Below, one piece after another: positions 27,821 to 37,016 of a stretch of 64,000 bases of DNA (positions are counted from its first letter, which is position 1; each line of letters begins with the position of its first letter). The stretch is from a virus. Under the pieces are notes generated by a model. That model was not told where the DNA came from and did not search any database. It saw only the letters and a program-made list of their open reading frames with translations. The position numbers were made by a program, and so were the translations under genes. Where the stretch lies: positions 1 to 64,000 of the IMG/VR virus record IMGVR_UViG_3300021364_000009, one strand, 5' to 3'.

Positions 27821-28420
27821 TTAAATGCTCTCTATGAAAGACTCATATTCTTCTTTGGGTATGTTGTTTTCAGGTTGCTCAATCTTAATGAGGTGTCCGT
27901 AGAAAGGGATACCTAGTCCTTTACAGACTTCTTCGTATGCTTCTATGTTTTCTTTTCTGTCTTCCCAGAGATGGACACTTTTGACAGGAAGAGTGTTGAT
28001 CTTATTCAGCAGTACGCTGACTTTATACTCTATGCCCTCTAAATGTTTTTCTCTTAAGAATATCTCATCAAAGTCGATATTTCTAGCCGAGAGTATTTCT
28101 GCAATACGATACCTTAAACCTCCGTTGTCTTCTCTTGCTGTACATAGGATCGCCCATGTGTTTTGAGAGTTGATGGAAGTCATCGCCGCTTTAACGGTTT
28201 CAGGAATCCAATACTTGGAGCTTTGGGGGAAATCAGGTACGAAGGGTCTTCCTAAAGAAATAGAGTCTGACTCCCAAGCTCCATGTTCTACATAGTCCCA
28301 CCATTTTGGAGGAGGTGGGCTTTTAAACAACGTCCAATCAAAGTCATAGACGTGGAGACTCAGATTATCTGATGCTTTTTTTAGGAATTTAGTGGCTACT
28401 CTAGCTGTTTTCGTTCTCAT
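27821..28420 (-). CDS. HAD-superfamily phosphatase (Swiss-army-knife RNA-repair HAD-like)
   Basis: LHVYDFDWTLFKSP, ILCTAR, YK, LWEDR; N-terminal RVATKFLKKA tag. Confidence 0.8.
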   Translation of the reverse strand: MRTKTARVATKFLKKASDNLSLHVYDFDWTLFKSPPPPKWWDYVEHGAWESDSISLGRPFVPDFPQSSKYWIPETVKAAMTSINSQNTWAILCTAREDNGGLRYRIAEILSARNIDFDEIFLREKHLEGIEYKVSVLLNKINTLPVKSVHLWEDRKENIEAYEEVCKGLGIPFYGHLIKIEQPENNIPKEEYESFIESI

Positions 28421-28459
28421 TTCAGTCTCTCCTTTTGTATTTATTATACATAGAATAAA

Positions 28460-28498
28460 TACAAAAAGAGCAGACTTTAGAGGTCTGCTCTTTTTGTA
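28460..28498. terminator. Bidirectional-type rho-independent terminator
   Basis: Perfect inverted repeat TACAAAAAGAGCAGAC / GTCTGCTCTTTTTGTA downstream of the Hc1-like gene. Confidence 0.8.
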
Positions 28499-28530
28499 AG
28501 GAGATACGTTCGTAAAGGAGAGTTACAGGT

Positions 28531-28719
28531 TTAGCCCTCTGTATTTCTCGCCTCAAGCACTGCCTTACGGACTTCCTTGCACTCAGCGATGACTTCTTGC
28601 ATTAGCTTTCGTACTCGGGTTCCTGCCGCCTTATTTCCCTTATCGCACTTAGCTGAGTCAACCTGTGCTTCTGAGAGGAGGGTAGATAGATTCTGAATTC
28701 TTTCTGAAATGGTGCTCAT
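28531..28719 (-). CDS. Histone H1-like Hc1-family small protein
   Basis: DSAKCDKGNKAAGTRVRKLMQE..KEVRK signature. Confidence 0.8.
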   Translation of the reverse strand: MSTISERIQNLSTLLSEAQVDSAKCDKGNKAAGTRVRKLMQEVIAECKEVRKAVLEARNTEG

Positions 28720-28772
28720 ATCTTGAGTCCTTTCTTTCGTTGTTAGTGTTTGCTCTTGACTATACCGAACAT

Positions 28773-29135
28773 TTACAGAGGTTTTTCTATTTTTTGAAGC
28801 TCTTTTAGTATCTTTTTCTTGTCTGTGCCTAGCTCTTCTAGCTTTTCAGCACTCATTTTGGCGATCCTGCACCTTATAGTGAGGTCTTTTAAGCTAGGTT
28901 CGCTTTCTTCACACATATAAATGATACCCTCGTCAGAAACCCAAACTTTCTCTGCACCTTTAGCTATATTTTGGACAAATAGTATCGTAAGGCCATGTTC
29001 TTCTATCCACAGCTTTGCTTCTTCTATAGCTTTAGGTTCTTTTTTCAGAAAGTCCTCTATGATGTCTGTCGGGATTCTACTTTGAGGCTTGATTTTTCGC
29101 CATGTAATTTCGCCATACTTGTTTTTCTTGCTCAT
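28773..29135 (-). CDS. Hypothetical protein
   Basis: 120-aa ORF in the - strand operon. Confidence 0.6.
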   Translation of the reverse strand: MSKKNKYGEITWRKIKPQSRIPTDIIEDFLKKEPKAIEEAKLWIEEHGLTILFVQNIAKGAEKVWVSDEGIIYMCEESEPSLKDLTIRCRIAKMSAEKLEELGTDKKKILKELQKIEKPL

Positions 29136-29310
29136 TTAGCTTCCCCAGAACCACTACTTTTTTGTTTCTATCTTCTTCTCTTATTTTTGAAGGGTGGAGG
29201 TACGTTGACTTCAAAGCATATTCTGTAAGATTTAATTTTAAAAGGTCACTTTGAGAAATAGCGACGATGTTTCCTTTGAGTATTTCTTCTGTGATGTTTA
29301 TCTCAATCAT
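29077..29310 (-). CDS. Hypothetical protein
   Basis: 77-aa ORF following 29316; overlaps the next gene. Confidence 0.45.
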   Translation of the reverse strand: MIEINITEEILKGNIVAISQSDLLKLNLTEYALKSTYLHPSKIREEDRNKKVVVLGKLNEQEKQVWRNYMAKNQASK

Positions 29311-29315
29311 TTTAG

Positions 29316-29825
29316 TTACTCCCCCATCTTAAAAGTGCCACCAACTTTTAGGTTGTTTTTAGCAGGTACAGCCCAAGGGTCATTCTTAGGCTTGGACTCT
29401 ATATTACCGCCAATGGTGATACTTTTAGCAGGTGTATTAAAACTACTGACTCTTTGTTCAGGTTCTGATTTTACAACTGTAGGTTTTTGCTCTACTTCCG
29501 CTATTTCTTCTGCCGTAGAAATAATTTCGACTTGTTTTGGTGTTTCTTGTGGCGTCGGATCGAAGTTCCAAACTTCGACTACACCAGAATTCTCAAGAGT
29601 TTCCAAGTTAGAAATACCCTCCCAACGGGAGCTTTCTGTTTGTGAGACAATGTTGGGGTTGATGAGCATACGATCTGCTTGTGTTAGAATTCTTTTGTCC
29701 CAAGAAGAGAAAGCCCAATCTGCACGAACGCACTCTCTATTTCTACAGACATCACAAAAGGTTTGTTTGAACTCTTTTTCAGACAAACCCATGTCATTAC
29801 ATTCTACAAACAAATCTTTCATCAC
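29316..29825 (-). CDS. Hypothetical protein with Cys cluster
   Basis: C...CDVCRNREC; directly downstream of the polymerase. Confidence 0.65.
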   Translation of the reverse strand: MMKDLFVECNDMGLSEKEFKQTFCDVCRNRECVRADWAFSSWDKRILTQADRMLINPNIVSQTESSRWEGISNLETLENSGVVEVWNFDPTPQETPKQVEIISTAEEIAEVEQKPTVVKSEPEQRVSSFNTPAKSITIGGNIESKPKNDPWAVPAKNNLKVGGTFKMGE

Positions 29826-29831
29826 TATTTC

Positions 29832-32573
29832 TCACAACAATGTATTGATATTTCGACCTTCAAAGAAGACTTCTGTCTTCTTGTTTTTATTTTCATTTAA
29901 CCACAAAGCAAGAGACTCTGCTTCTTTTTTTGTAAGCTCTTTTATCTCGTATCGCTCTGCTTTCGTTTCTTTTGTAGGAGCCACCTCAGTCGTCATATCT
30001 TCAGAGTGTGGTTCTTCCTTTTTGCTCTCTTTGAAAATAGAGTAAAGCTCATCTACTTCGTTTTGTGTGAGCAGTCTTTCTTCTGCGGAGTATTTATAGT
30101 CTATGTTTGAGCTTCCACATTCATGGCAGACTGTTTCAGAAATAGTGGTCTTGATCTTCCCTGTCTCTTTGCAATCAGAGCACTTGTATGTCTTTAATAT
30201 TTTCTCACCTGCGGTACGCTCTTTAATGTCCTTTACATCATAAGGTACATCCCAACGCTTACCAAGCTCAACATCTACAAGAAGAGGTACAGGCCAATTT
30301 TGGTTGGCAATCGCTTTATTTCTTGCCATGATTTTAGAAATAATCTCGATAGCTTCTTCAAGGATAGAGCCATGTATCTCGAAGACGATCTCATCGTGTA
30401 CCGTAAGAATCATGTGGAGCTTATCGAACCAATTTCTTTGCTGTACCGCTTTATATATGAGGCTCATGGCAAGTTTGGTGATGTCTGCTGACGTTCCTTG
30501 TATAGGGCCGTTTACTGCTTTTCTCTCATCTTTTGATTTCTTTCGGAAGTCCTCAGAGTTTATTTCTGGCAAAGGTTGGACTCTCCCAAAAGCAGTCTTC
30601 ACATACCCTTGCTTTCTTCCTACTTTGTGCTGGTGGCTCCACCAACCTGTCAGTGTCCTGTATGTCGTGGTGAATTTACGGAACTTCTCCTCTCCTTCTT
30701 CTGCCGTACACCCTTCAATTGATCGCTGAACTGCTTTACCTGTACCTCCGTAACTCAGTGCAAAGTTACAACGCTTCCCATGTCCACGGAGTGCTTTCCA
30801 ACGTGGGTCTTTCTTAGCGTTTTCACCATAGAAAGCAACAGCCGTGATTGTGTGCAAGTCTCCTATTTTGTCGGAGCCACACTTAGGGCAGAAAGGAGGA
30901 GTCTCAATCGGTAGGTTTTCTTCTGTTATCTGCTGTGGAAGCTCATGCTCACATTCAGAGCATTGATAGAACGCCTTGATCCATTTTGGCTCAGTAGAGA
31001 GGTTGGTTACGAGTCTTAACTCGACACCTGCATAGTCGATAGCTACTAACCAATTCTCTCTGTCTCGTACATCAATGCAACTACGCATTTGGTTTACAAT
31101 ACGAGGCTTACTTGAGTCATAGGAGGAAGGTATCCCTTGAAACGGCACACGACAGCCTCCGTCTTTTGTCTTTTGGGGGTCTTTGGTGGTTTTACAGCTA
31201 AACCTGCCTGTGTCGGCTGAAAACTGCTTAAAAGAAGGCTTAAGCGTACCATCTCTTCCGACATCCTCTAAGAATGGGATTAAGTATTGGTTTAAAGCCC
31301 GACTGATATTTCTCAGTCGTTTCATCTTTGCCATGAAAGGGAAGTCTTTGTACGACTTCTCGATCACTTCGTCTAAAACATCTGCACCTGTCTTAACTTG
31401 CCCTGACTTCTCAGATATTTGGAGGTTTGGAATGTTTAGCTCTCGAAATAACAGACCCAACTGTTGTGGCGACATAATGTCGTAAACAAGAGGGAACTCG
31501 ATTTTCTCTGTGCCTTCCTTGCCTACAATATTGACGTTCTTTTCAAGAGTTTGATTGGGGTCTGGATATAATCTCCTCGCCTCTTTTCGTGCTTCGTCTA
31601 AGATTGTCTTATAAAAAACACCTTCTTTGATCTTGTCTGTCTTAAAGTGGTTCTCACCCTTTAACTCTCCTTTCATGAGCTTGAGGAAAGACGGAGAAAT
31701 ATCTCTCCCAAGAATGTCTTTCGCTCCACTATACACTTCAAGTAGAGAGTCCCACCACTCTTGGTGTCCTTCTAACACAAACTCTTTTGTTCTTACTGCG
31801 TCTACATGTACACGGCATCTGTGCATCCATCTGACAGAAACAGCACAAGATTTCTCTAAATTATACATAGAGTTGGTGTGTTCGGGAGCTTCTTGGTATT
31901 TCTTGTAGAGGATGTTAAACACTCTTAGAGTACAAAGAGGATCAGCAGCCGCATATAAGACGCTAGGAGGCCAAGAGGGGTCGAGTGTGCTGTAATCTTT
32001 GACTTTTGAATCGGGTATAAGTTCGTTTAGCTCTATCATCTCCATACCGCAGAGGTTTTTAGAGAGGGCTTTCAGACCTCTGCCCCCCTTTTCCCGAGGA
32101 TTTAGCAGATAAGTCAGAATAAGGGTGTCTTCCCACTTCTTCCCATCATTAAATCTTTTGCTTCCAATATCGAAGAAGCCGTTGTAGTCGAGAAATTCCA
32201 AGTCAAAGTTAGCGTTGTGAAATACGGGGTTTGCTTTCACTTCTGTAGAGAAGAGGCGTCCAAACTCTCGACCTAATACAGACCAAGGGATGTTGTTGCT
32301 GTCTCCCACTCTATGTCCGACAGGGAAATAGTAGGCTTTCTCTTCATTCGGAGCGATACCGATACCTACAATAGAGTCTACAGTCCTTCCCCCATAGACT
32401 CTGTTGTCTAGTCCCGTAGTCTCAATGTCACACCCATAATAATCTGAGGCAATACACTCATCTATCGCTTGAGAGATGTTCTCTGTAGTACCGAGAATAA
32501 GCTCGACATCCTTCATCCAATCTTTGGGCTTTATTTCGGGTCTTCTTATTTCTTCCAAGAAATCTGCGAACAT
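29832..32573 (-). CDS. polA: DNA polymerase family A (3'-5' exonuclease plus polymerase) with two Zn-ribbon insertions
   Basis: CDIETTGLD, FHNANFD, YAAAD exo motifs; DYAGVELR (A), KRCNFALSYG (B), LTVHDEIVFE (C). Confidence 0.95.
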   Translation of the reverse strand: MFADFLEEIRRPEIKPKDWMKDVELILGTTENISQAIDECIASDYYGCDIETTGLDNRVYGGRTVDSIVGIGIAPNEEKAYYFPVGHRVGDSNNIPWSVLGREFGRLFSTEVKANPVFHNANFDLEFLDYNGFFDIGSKRFNDGKKWEDTLILTYLLNPREKGGRGLKALSKNLCGMEMIELNELIPDSKVKDYSTLDPSWPPSVLYAAADPLCTLRVFNILYKKYQEAPEHTNSMYNLEKSCAVSVRWMHRCRVHVDAVRTKEFVLEGHQEWWDSLLEVYSGAKDILGRDISPSFLKLMKGELKGENHFKTDKIKEGVFYKTILDEARKEARRLYPDPNQTLEKNVNIVGKEGTEKIEFPLVYDIMSPQQLGLLFRELNIPNLQISEKSGQVKTGADVLDEVIEKSYKDFPFMAKMKRLRNISRALNQYLIPFLEDVGRDGTLKPSFKQFSADTGRFSCKTTKDPQKTKDGGCRVPFQGIPSSYDSSKPRIVNQMRSCIDVRDRENWLVAIDYAGVELRLVTNLSTEPKWIKAFYQCSECEHELPQQITEENLPIETPPFCPKCGSDKIGDLHTITAVAFYGENAKKDPRWKALRGHGKRCNFALSYGGTGKAVQRSIEGCTAEEGEEKFRKFTTTYRTLTGWWSHQHKVGRKQGYVKTAFGRVQPLPEINSEDFRKKSKDERKAVNGPIQGTSADITKLAMSLIYKAVQQRNWFDKLHMILTVHDEIVFEIHGSILEEAIEIISKIMARNKAIANQNWPVPLLVDVELGKRWDVPYDVKDIKERTAGEKILKTYKCSDCKETGKIKTTISETVCHECGSSNIDYKYSAEERLLTQNEVDELYSIFKESKKEEPHSEDMTTEVAPTKETKAERYEIKELTKKEAESLALWLNENKNKKTEVFFEGRNINTLL

Positions 32574-32636
32574 TCCAACTCCTTTAGTATGTTTATGACG
32601 CTCTTATTTTGTTATATGGTCTACAGGAGAAAACTA

Positions 32637-32984
32637 ATGTCTAATTTTTGGATAAACAAAGAAGGTGTCAACACTCTGAAGGGGACACACACTAATCCTC
32701 TAAATAAGATATATCTTCCAGACTATCTTATTGCAGAATTTCTAGTCCAACACCCACATAGTCGAAAAGACTTTTTAAGTTTGTTTGATACTATGCTTCC
32801 AGAGGAGCAGTTTCGGCTCCAAGAAATACTCGATTCTTATCCCGGACTCTTCAAAGATCGAGAACACGACCAAGAAATAGAAGACAACTTTCAGTCGAGA
32901 GCAAATAAGTCAAGAGTCAACACGATTTCAAAGATCAAACCAAAACAAGAGAAGGTTAAGAAAACTTTGAGGGTAAATAGATAG
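32637..32984 (+). CDS. Hypothetical protein
   Basis: AGGAG RBS before ATG 32637; preceded by TTAGTATGTTTAT (32584-32596). Confidence 0.55.
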   Translation: MSNFWINKEGVNTLKGTHTNPLNKIYLPDYLIAEFLVQHPHSRKDFLSLFDTMLPEEQFRLQEILDSYPGLFKDREHDQEIEDNFQSRANKSRVNTISKIKPKQEKVKKTLRVNR

Positions 32985-32993
32985 TTTATTTAT
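32981..32993 (+). promoter_or_regulatory. Putative late promoter element ATAGTTTATTTAT
   Basis: Identical 13-mer also at 48281-48293, each upstream of a + gene. Confidence 0.5.
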
Positions 32994-33032
32994 GTGTTCG
33001 AGTTTTAAATCCTCAAATCTAGGAGCACTCTC

Positions 33033-33398
33033 ATGAGCAATGAAAAACCTCAAGACCCAACACAGTTTGATAAACTACCTCTCAAGAGCAAGAAGTTTTT
33101 AGCGTACTTGCTCGCAGACCTTGGGTGGAAATTCCTTATGTTTTATGTGATCTGGGAATATCAGACTAAGATTGAGCATTATGCTTTCATGGTGCTTGTA
33201 ACCATGATCGTTACGAGTGGCTTCATTCAGATTGGCTACATCTTAGGTCAAGCGGCACTCGACAAGTACACTCACGTTGCCGTTTCAGCTTTAGATAAAG
33301 ATAAAAGCCCTAGTTCCCCAACCCCTTCTCCATCTCAGAAAAAGCAGAAGCCTTTAGGCGAATTAGAAGACGGTGAAGACTTTGACGGGACGCTATAA
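33033..33398 (+). CDS. Putative holin
   Basis: KSKKFLAYLL..two hydrophobic helices..YILGQAALD, charged C-terminal tail. Confidence 0.55.
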   Translation: MSNEKPQDPTQFDKLPLKSKKFLAYLLADLGWKFLMFYVIWEYQTKIEHYAFMVLVTMIVTSGFIQIGYILGQAALDKYTHVAVSALDKDKSPSSPTPSPSQKKQKPLGELEDGEDFDGTL

Positions 33399-33400
33399 TC

Positions 33401-33913
33401 ATGGGTGGTAGTTCCGCAGAGAGAGTGGCAAAGAAATACGCTTCTTCTATTAAGAATAAGAAGTTTTCTTTACCTATCTCATATGAAGAATATTATGAGA
33501 GAAGTAGCTTTGGTAGGCACTTATCTCTTCAGCTTCAATATGAGGGTTCTGATGTCGGAAATATCTCGGGCATCTTAGTTGAGACAAAAGACTTATCTTC
33601 TTATCAATGCAAGTCTGATATTCAAGCACTAGCAGAGAGCCACTCAACTACCTCTACAATCAGAGGTGATGTTCGGATTCTTACTCTAAATGAGTCTGAC
33701 TTGTCCGAGAGCTTTCGTGGTGTAGGTCTTGGGCTTCAAATGTACACTGAGTTTCTTCGTATTTTTTGGGATAAGGTGAAGAAGCCTTTTATTTTTATTC
33801 CTGATGCTTGTGAAGTGGGGCGTACATCACAAGATGCTAGAAGAGTTTGGAACTCACTTGCGAGAAATAAACCTTCTTCTAATCTTTGTATCGCAATATT
33901 AGAGAGACCTTAA
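33401..33913 (+). CDS. GNAT-like acetyltransferase
   Basis: FRGVGLGLQMY acetyl-CoA motif A; TSQDARRVWNSLAR; N-terminal ERVAKKY tag. Confidence 0.7.
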   Translation: MGGSSAERVAKKYASSIKNKKFSLPISYEEYYERSSFGRHLSLQLQYEGSDVGNISGILVETKDLSSYQCKSDIQALAESHSTTSTIRGDVRILTLNESDLSESFRGVGLGLQMYTEFLRIFWDKVKKPFIFIPDACEVGRTSQDARRVWNSLARNKPSSNLCIAILERP

Positions 33914-33925
33914 GGAGAAATAGTC

Positions 33926-35281
33926 ATGCCAAAATATGTGTTAAATGCAGTACAGCAAAAAGAACAAGCGAGGCATGTTTCTCAGGCACTACGCTCTTAC
34001 ACTAGATTAGCTAGAGAAGTTAAGAGTATAGCGACAACAGCTAAAGCAGATCGAAGTCCTGCAAGGAAATTTGTTCAGTTAGCTAAAGCAAGCTCTCAAG
34101 TGTCGTCATTTTTAAATGCTTTTGTGGGTCAGCCTACGGACTATAGTGTCGCATATAGTTTTCGAGAGAAGTGTATCTACGCCTTGAGAGATCATCTCTT
34201 AGGTGCAAAGACGGCGACAGAGGCGAAAGAAATAATAAAAAACAACGTAGAGAAAGCATACATTCAGATTACTATTTCTAATGCACAGCAAAATCTACGG
34301 AGTCTGTTGCCTCCTGAAATCAAAGCGTTCTTGCCAGATAACATTGTGATCGAGACAGATGACGATGGCTCTATCCGTAACATGACGGATATTTTTGGTA
34401 ATGAAAGAGATACGCTTCAGAATAAAGTGAACCTTGTTCGCAAGATTGTAGAGAAGTACAACACTATCGTGCAACAGGTTAAAAAAGACTTGAAGAGTTC
34501 AAACGAGAGAACAAAGTTCAAGGCTATTGTCACTTCTATTCTTATGGAAACAGGAATCCGTCCCGGACGTGAAGGTAACGCATCTAGTGTTGCAGGAGTT
34601 CAGGTAGAGACTTTTGGTGCAGTTACCCTCGCACCCGAACACATTACGTTTGTTAAGTCGAACTTTGCCGAACTTCAGTTTATCGGAAAAAAAGGCACTT
34701 TAAATGTAGCTTCCCTAAGAGACAGTGTAGTGATTAAAGAACTGAAGTCCTACGCAAAGAAAGCACTGAAGGGTAAACTTAACCGAGTATTTGTAGATAG
34801 GAATGGTATCCCTTTATCTCATGTTGAGATAAACTACTATTTCCAAGAGTATTTTGGAGAGATCAGACCTTCAGACTTGAGGAAATACAAAGCTACTGAG
34901 CAGATGTTTGAAGCCTTGAAAGAGGAACAAAAGTCTTTGCAGGCCAAAATACTAGAGTTTGTGGAAGATGAGGTAGAAGACCTTAAACCTAGAGTTGTCC
35001 AAGAAATAGTAAACACGCTAAATGTGGCTACAGAAAGAGCAAGAAGTTCTTTGAGCCATCTTTCCGGCTCAGACACTATTAGTTATTATGTCAATCCTGA
35101 TGTAGTCTTAACTTTTCTCTCTCAAGGTTTTGTGGAAGAAGACTTGAAAAGTGCAATCATAAGAAACCAACGTGTGCTTTCTTTTGACGTTGATGTTTTT
35201 GTTGATCACGCCATGTCTAAGAGAGGCTCATCGAACGAGTCTTTGCTTTCTATTTATACAGACCTCTCAAAAATGTTTTAA
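33926..35281 (+). CDS. DNA topoisomerase IB (bacterial/poxvirus type) with N-terminal extension
   Basis: ETGIRPG (Arg), TFGAVTL, FIGKKG (Lys), DLRKYKA (Arg), LSH (His), SYYVNP (Tyr). Confidence 0.85.
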   Translation: MPKYVLNAVQQKEQARHVSQALRSYTRLAREVKSIATTAKADRSPARKFVQLAKASSQVSSFLNAFVGQPTDYSVAYSFREKCIYALRDHLLGAKTATEAKEIIKNNVEKAYIQITISNAQQNLRSLLPPEIKAFLPDNIVIETDDDGSIRNMTDIFGNERDTLQNKVNLVRKIVEKYNTIVQQVKKDLKSSNERTKFKAIVTSILMETGIRPGREGNASSVAGVQVETFGAVTLAPEHITFVKSNFAELQFIGKKGTLNVASLRDSVVIKELKSYAKKALKGKLNRVFVDRNGIPLSHVEINYYFQEYFGEIRPSDLRKYKATEQMFEALKEEQKSLQAKILEFVEDEVEDLKPRVVQEIVNTLNVATERARSSLSHLSGSDTISYYVNPDVVLTFLSQGFVEEDLKSAIIRNQRVLSFDVDVFVDHAMSKRGSSNESLLSIYTDLSKMF

Positions 35282-35327
35282 TGGTCGGTATTCTCCTTTA
35301 TAGTGAAACACAACAAGGAGGTGTGCT

Positions 35328-35516
35328 TTGAGAGTTTCTTTTTTTTACTTGGTCTTAATTCTTACTTTTATTTTTGCTTTGTCTTCTGAAGCTGTTTCTT
35401 TCGTCTCTGTGGGAGACGTACCTTCCGTAGAAGGCGAAGAAGGTGGGAATATGTTGGACTCAGATGTTCCGCAGAAATACGACGAAGAAGAATTTGAAGA
35501 AGACTATGGGTGCTAA
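35328..35516 (+). CDS. Small signal-peptide-bearing acidic protein
   Basis: AGGAGG RBS, TTG start, hydrophobic N-terminus. Confidence 0.5.
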   Translation: MRVSFFYLVLILTFIFALSSEAVSFVSVGDVPSVEGEEGGNMLDSDVPQKYDEEEFEEDYGC

Positions 35517-36124
35517 AAATGAAAGATAAGAATGATTTTGGTGGGGGAAATAAGAACTCTCTTTACATCCCAATGTCGGAGATTGAGCAAGAATTCCTAC
35601 AACGTCTTGTAGAGTCCAAAAGTTTCAGATTGATCATACATGAGTGGGGCTATGTAGATGAGCCAAGAGTGACGTTTGGAGATAAAAACCTCCATGTGTT
35701 CTTTAAGCTCACTTTCGATAAGCCTGAGACACCAATGCCTGTTCATTATTTCGATTTGGAGCTTCAAACAAGATCGGGGATTACTCTATCGAAGCAAAGA
35801 ATGAGCACTGAGTACGGAGGACAGCCAATCTTAGTGGCACAAGGCTTATCTCTCGATATGGTTTGGGACATTGCTATTAAGCATATTGACCCTAAACTCT
35901 TAAAGTCTTTAATGCCTAGTGTTACAGGGCTTACTTCACGTCTTCAAGACCGTGACAACCATGAGTTTACGGTCTTTGGGAACATGAGGCTGAACCGAGA
36001 CCTTAAAGATAAAGCTCTTGCTCTGCATAAGGCAGAGATTAAGCTCAAAGAAACAGAGAAGATTATCCGAGAAGAAGCGAGGAAAAACCCTCGAAACATG
36101 TTTGAAGATTATCCGAAAAAGTGA
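35510..36124 (+). CDS. Hypothetical protein
   Basis: 204-aa ORF. Confidence 0.65.
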   Translation: MLKMKDKNDFGGGNKNSLYIPMSEIEQEFLQRLVESKSFRLIIHEWGYVDEPRVTFGDKNLHVFFKLTFDKPETPMPVHYFDLELQTRSGITLSKQRMSTEYGGQPILVAQGLSLDMVWDIAIKHIDPKLLKSLMPSVTGLTSRLQDRDNHEFTVFGNMRLNRDLKDKALALHKAEIKLKETEKIIREEARKNPRNMFEDYPKK

Positions 36125-36378
36125 TTCTTTTCTCGCTCTATTTTGTCTCTTATCACTCCCATAAGAGAATAGACTGCTTCAGACTTTCGCTTGTTTAAAT
36201 AGAACTCAGGTATCCACCATCTGTCAAATCTGCGATTGCCTTCATGCAGTAACGTGGCGAGTGCATTTCTGTATTTCTCTTTTTCATTGTCGTCTTCAAC
36301 ATGGTCGATCATCTTTTTTGTAGTATGCAAGATGACGATAAAACGTGTTTTGTATTTGTGGTTAAAGAAGTCGAGCAT
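36109..36378 (-). CDS. Hypothetical protein
   Basis: Likely start MLDFF immediately after the ClpP-like stop. Confidence 0.5.
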   Translation of the reverse strand: MLDFFNHKYKTRFIVILHTTKKMIDHVEDDNEKEKYRNALATLLHEGNRRFDRWWIPEFYLNKRKSEAVYSLMGVIRDKIEREKNHFFG

Positions 36379-36380
36379 TC

Positions 36381-37016
36381 TTAATTTCTCTCGTAATGTA
36401 TGATCTCGTCTACGACACCATGCTGTAGACATTGTTCTGCATTTAGCCAAAGGTCTCTTTTTAAGAGTTTCTTTAGCTCTTTTTTCTTCATTTTAGTGTG
36501 CTTCAAATAAATGGACTCTATCATCTCCATAAGAGAGTCCATACTTTCTTTTTCGTCTTTTAAGTTTTCGTAAGTCCCCCAAACTCCAGTTGAAACTTGG
36601 TGCATAAGGAAGAAGGAGTGCTCAGTGATATATCTTTTAGCCCCTACTACAGAGAGCATTGTCCCAGCGGAAGCGACACTGCCTTCTACATATGTGATGA
36701 CAGGAACTTGGCTATTCAGAATGTGGCTTGCACCTGCAAGACCCGCAAAAGCGTCTCCACCATAAGAGTTGATATGGAGGTGGATTGGAGGGGCTGTACT
36801 CAAACCTAAGTTTTGAGATACTTGGATAATCTGATCGTTTAGGTTTTGGATAGCAATCCCTAGAAGCATAACAGACTTGGGGTTTACAGACTCGTAGAAA
36901 TAAATATGGTTCTCTACGGTAGTGACTGCCCCTTGAGGGCTATGGCTATCGTCCATATAAACGCTCTCTGTGTTGCTGTTTCTTACGACTCTTCGATTAA
37001 AGGGTGTATTGATCAT
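36381..37016 (-). CDS. ClpP-like serine protease
   Basis: HINSYGG, VASAGT (Ser), FLMHQ (His), RDLWLNAEQC..GVVDEI. Confidence 0.9.
   Translation of the reverse strand: MINTPFNRRVVRNSNTESVYMDDSHSPQGAVTTVENHIYFYESVNPKSVMLLGIAIQNLNDQIIQVSQNLGLSTAPPIHLHINSYGGDAFAGLAGASHILNSQVPVITYVEGSVASAGTMLSVVGAKRYITEHSFFLMHQVSTGVWGTYENLKDEKESMDSLMEMIESIYLKHTKMKKKELKKLLKRDLWLNAEQCLQHGVVDEIIHYERN

Noticed and set aside
29251-30045. 264-aa + strand ORF and many other antisense ORFs in the track
   Set aside because: Shadows of clear opposite-strand genes; no RBS, atypical composition
30860-30970. Intein or intron in the polymerase
   Set aside because: Insertion is a short C4 Zn ribbon with no intein splice motifs or homing endonuclease
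33926-35281. Tyrosine integrase indicating a prophage
   Set aside because: GIRPG, TFGAVTL, FIGK and YVNP fit Topo IB better; no host genes or att context seen
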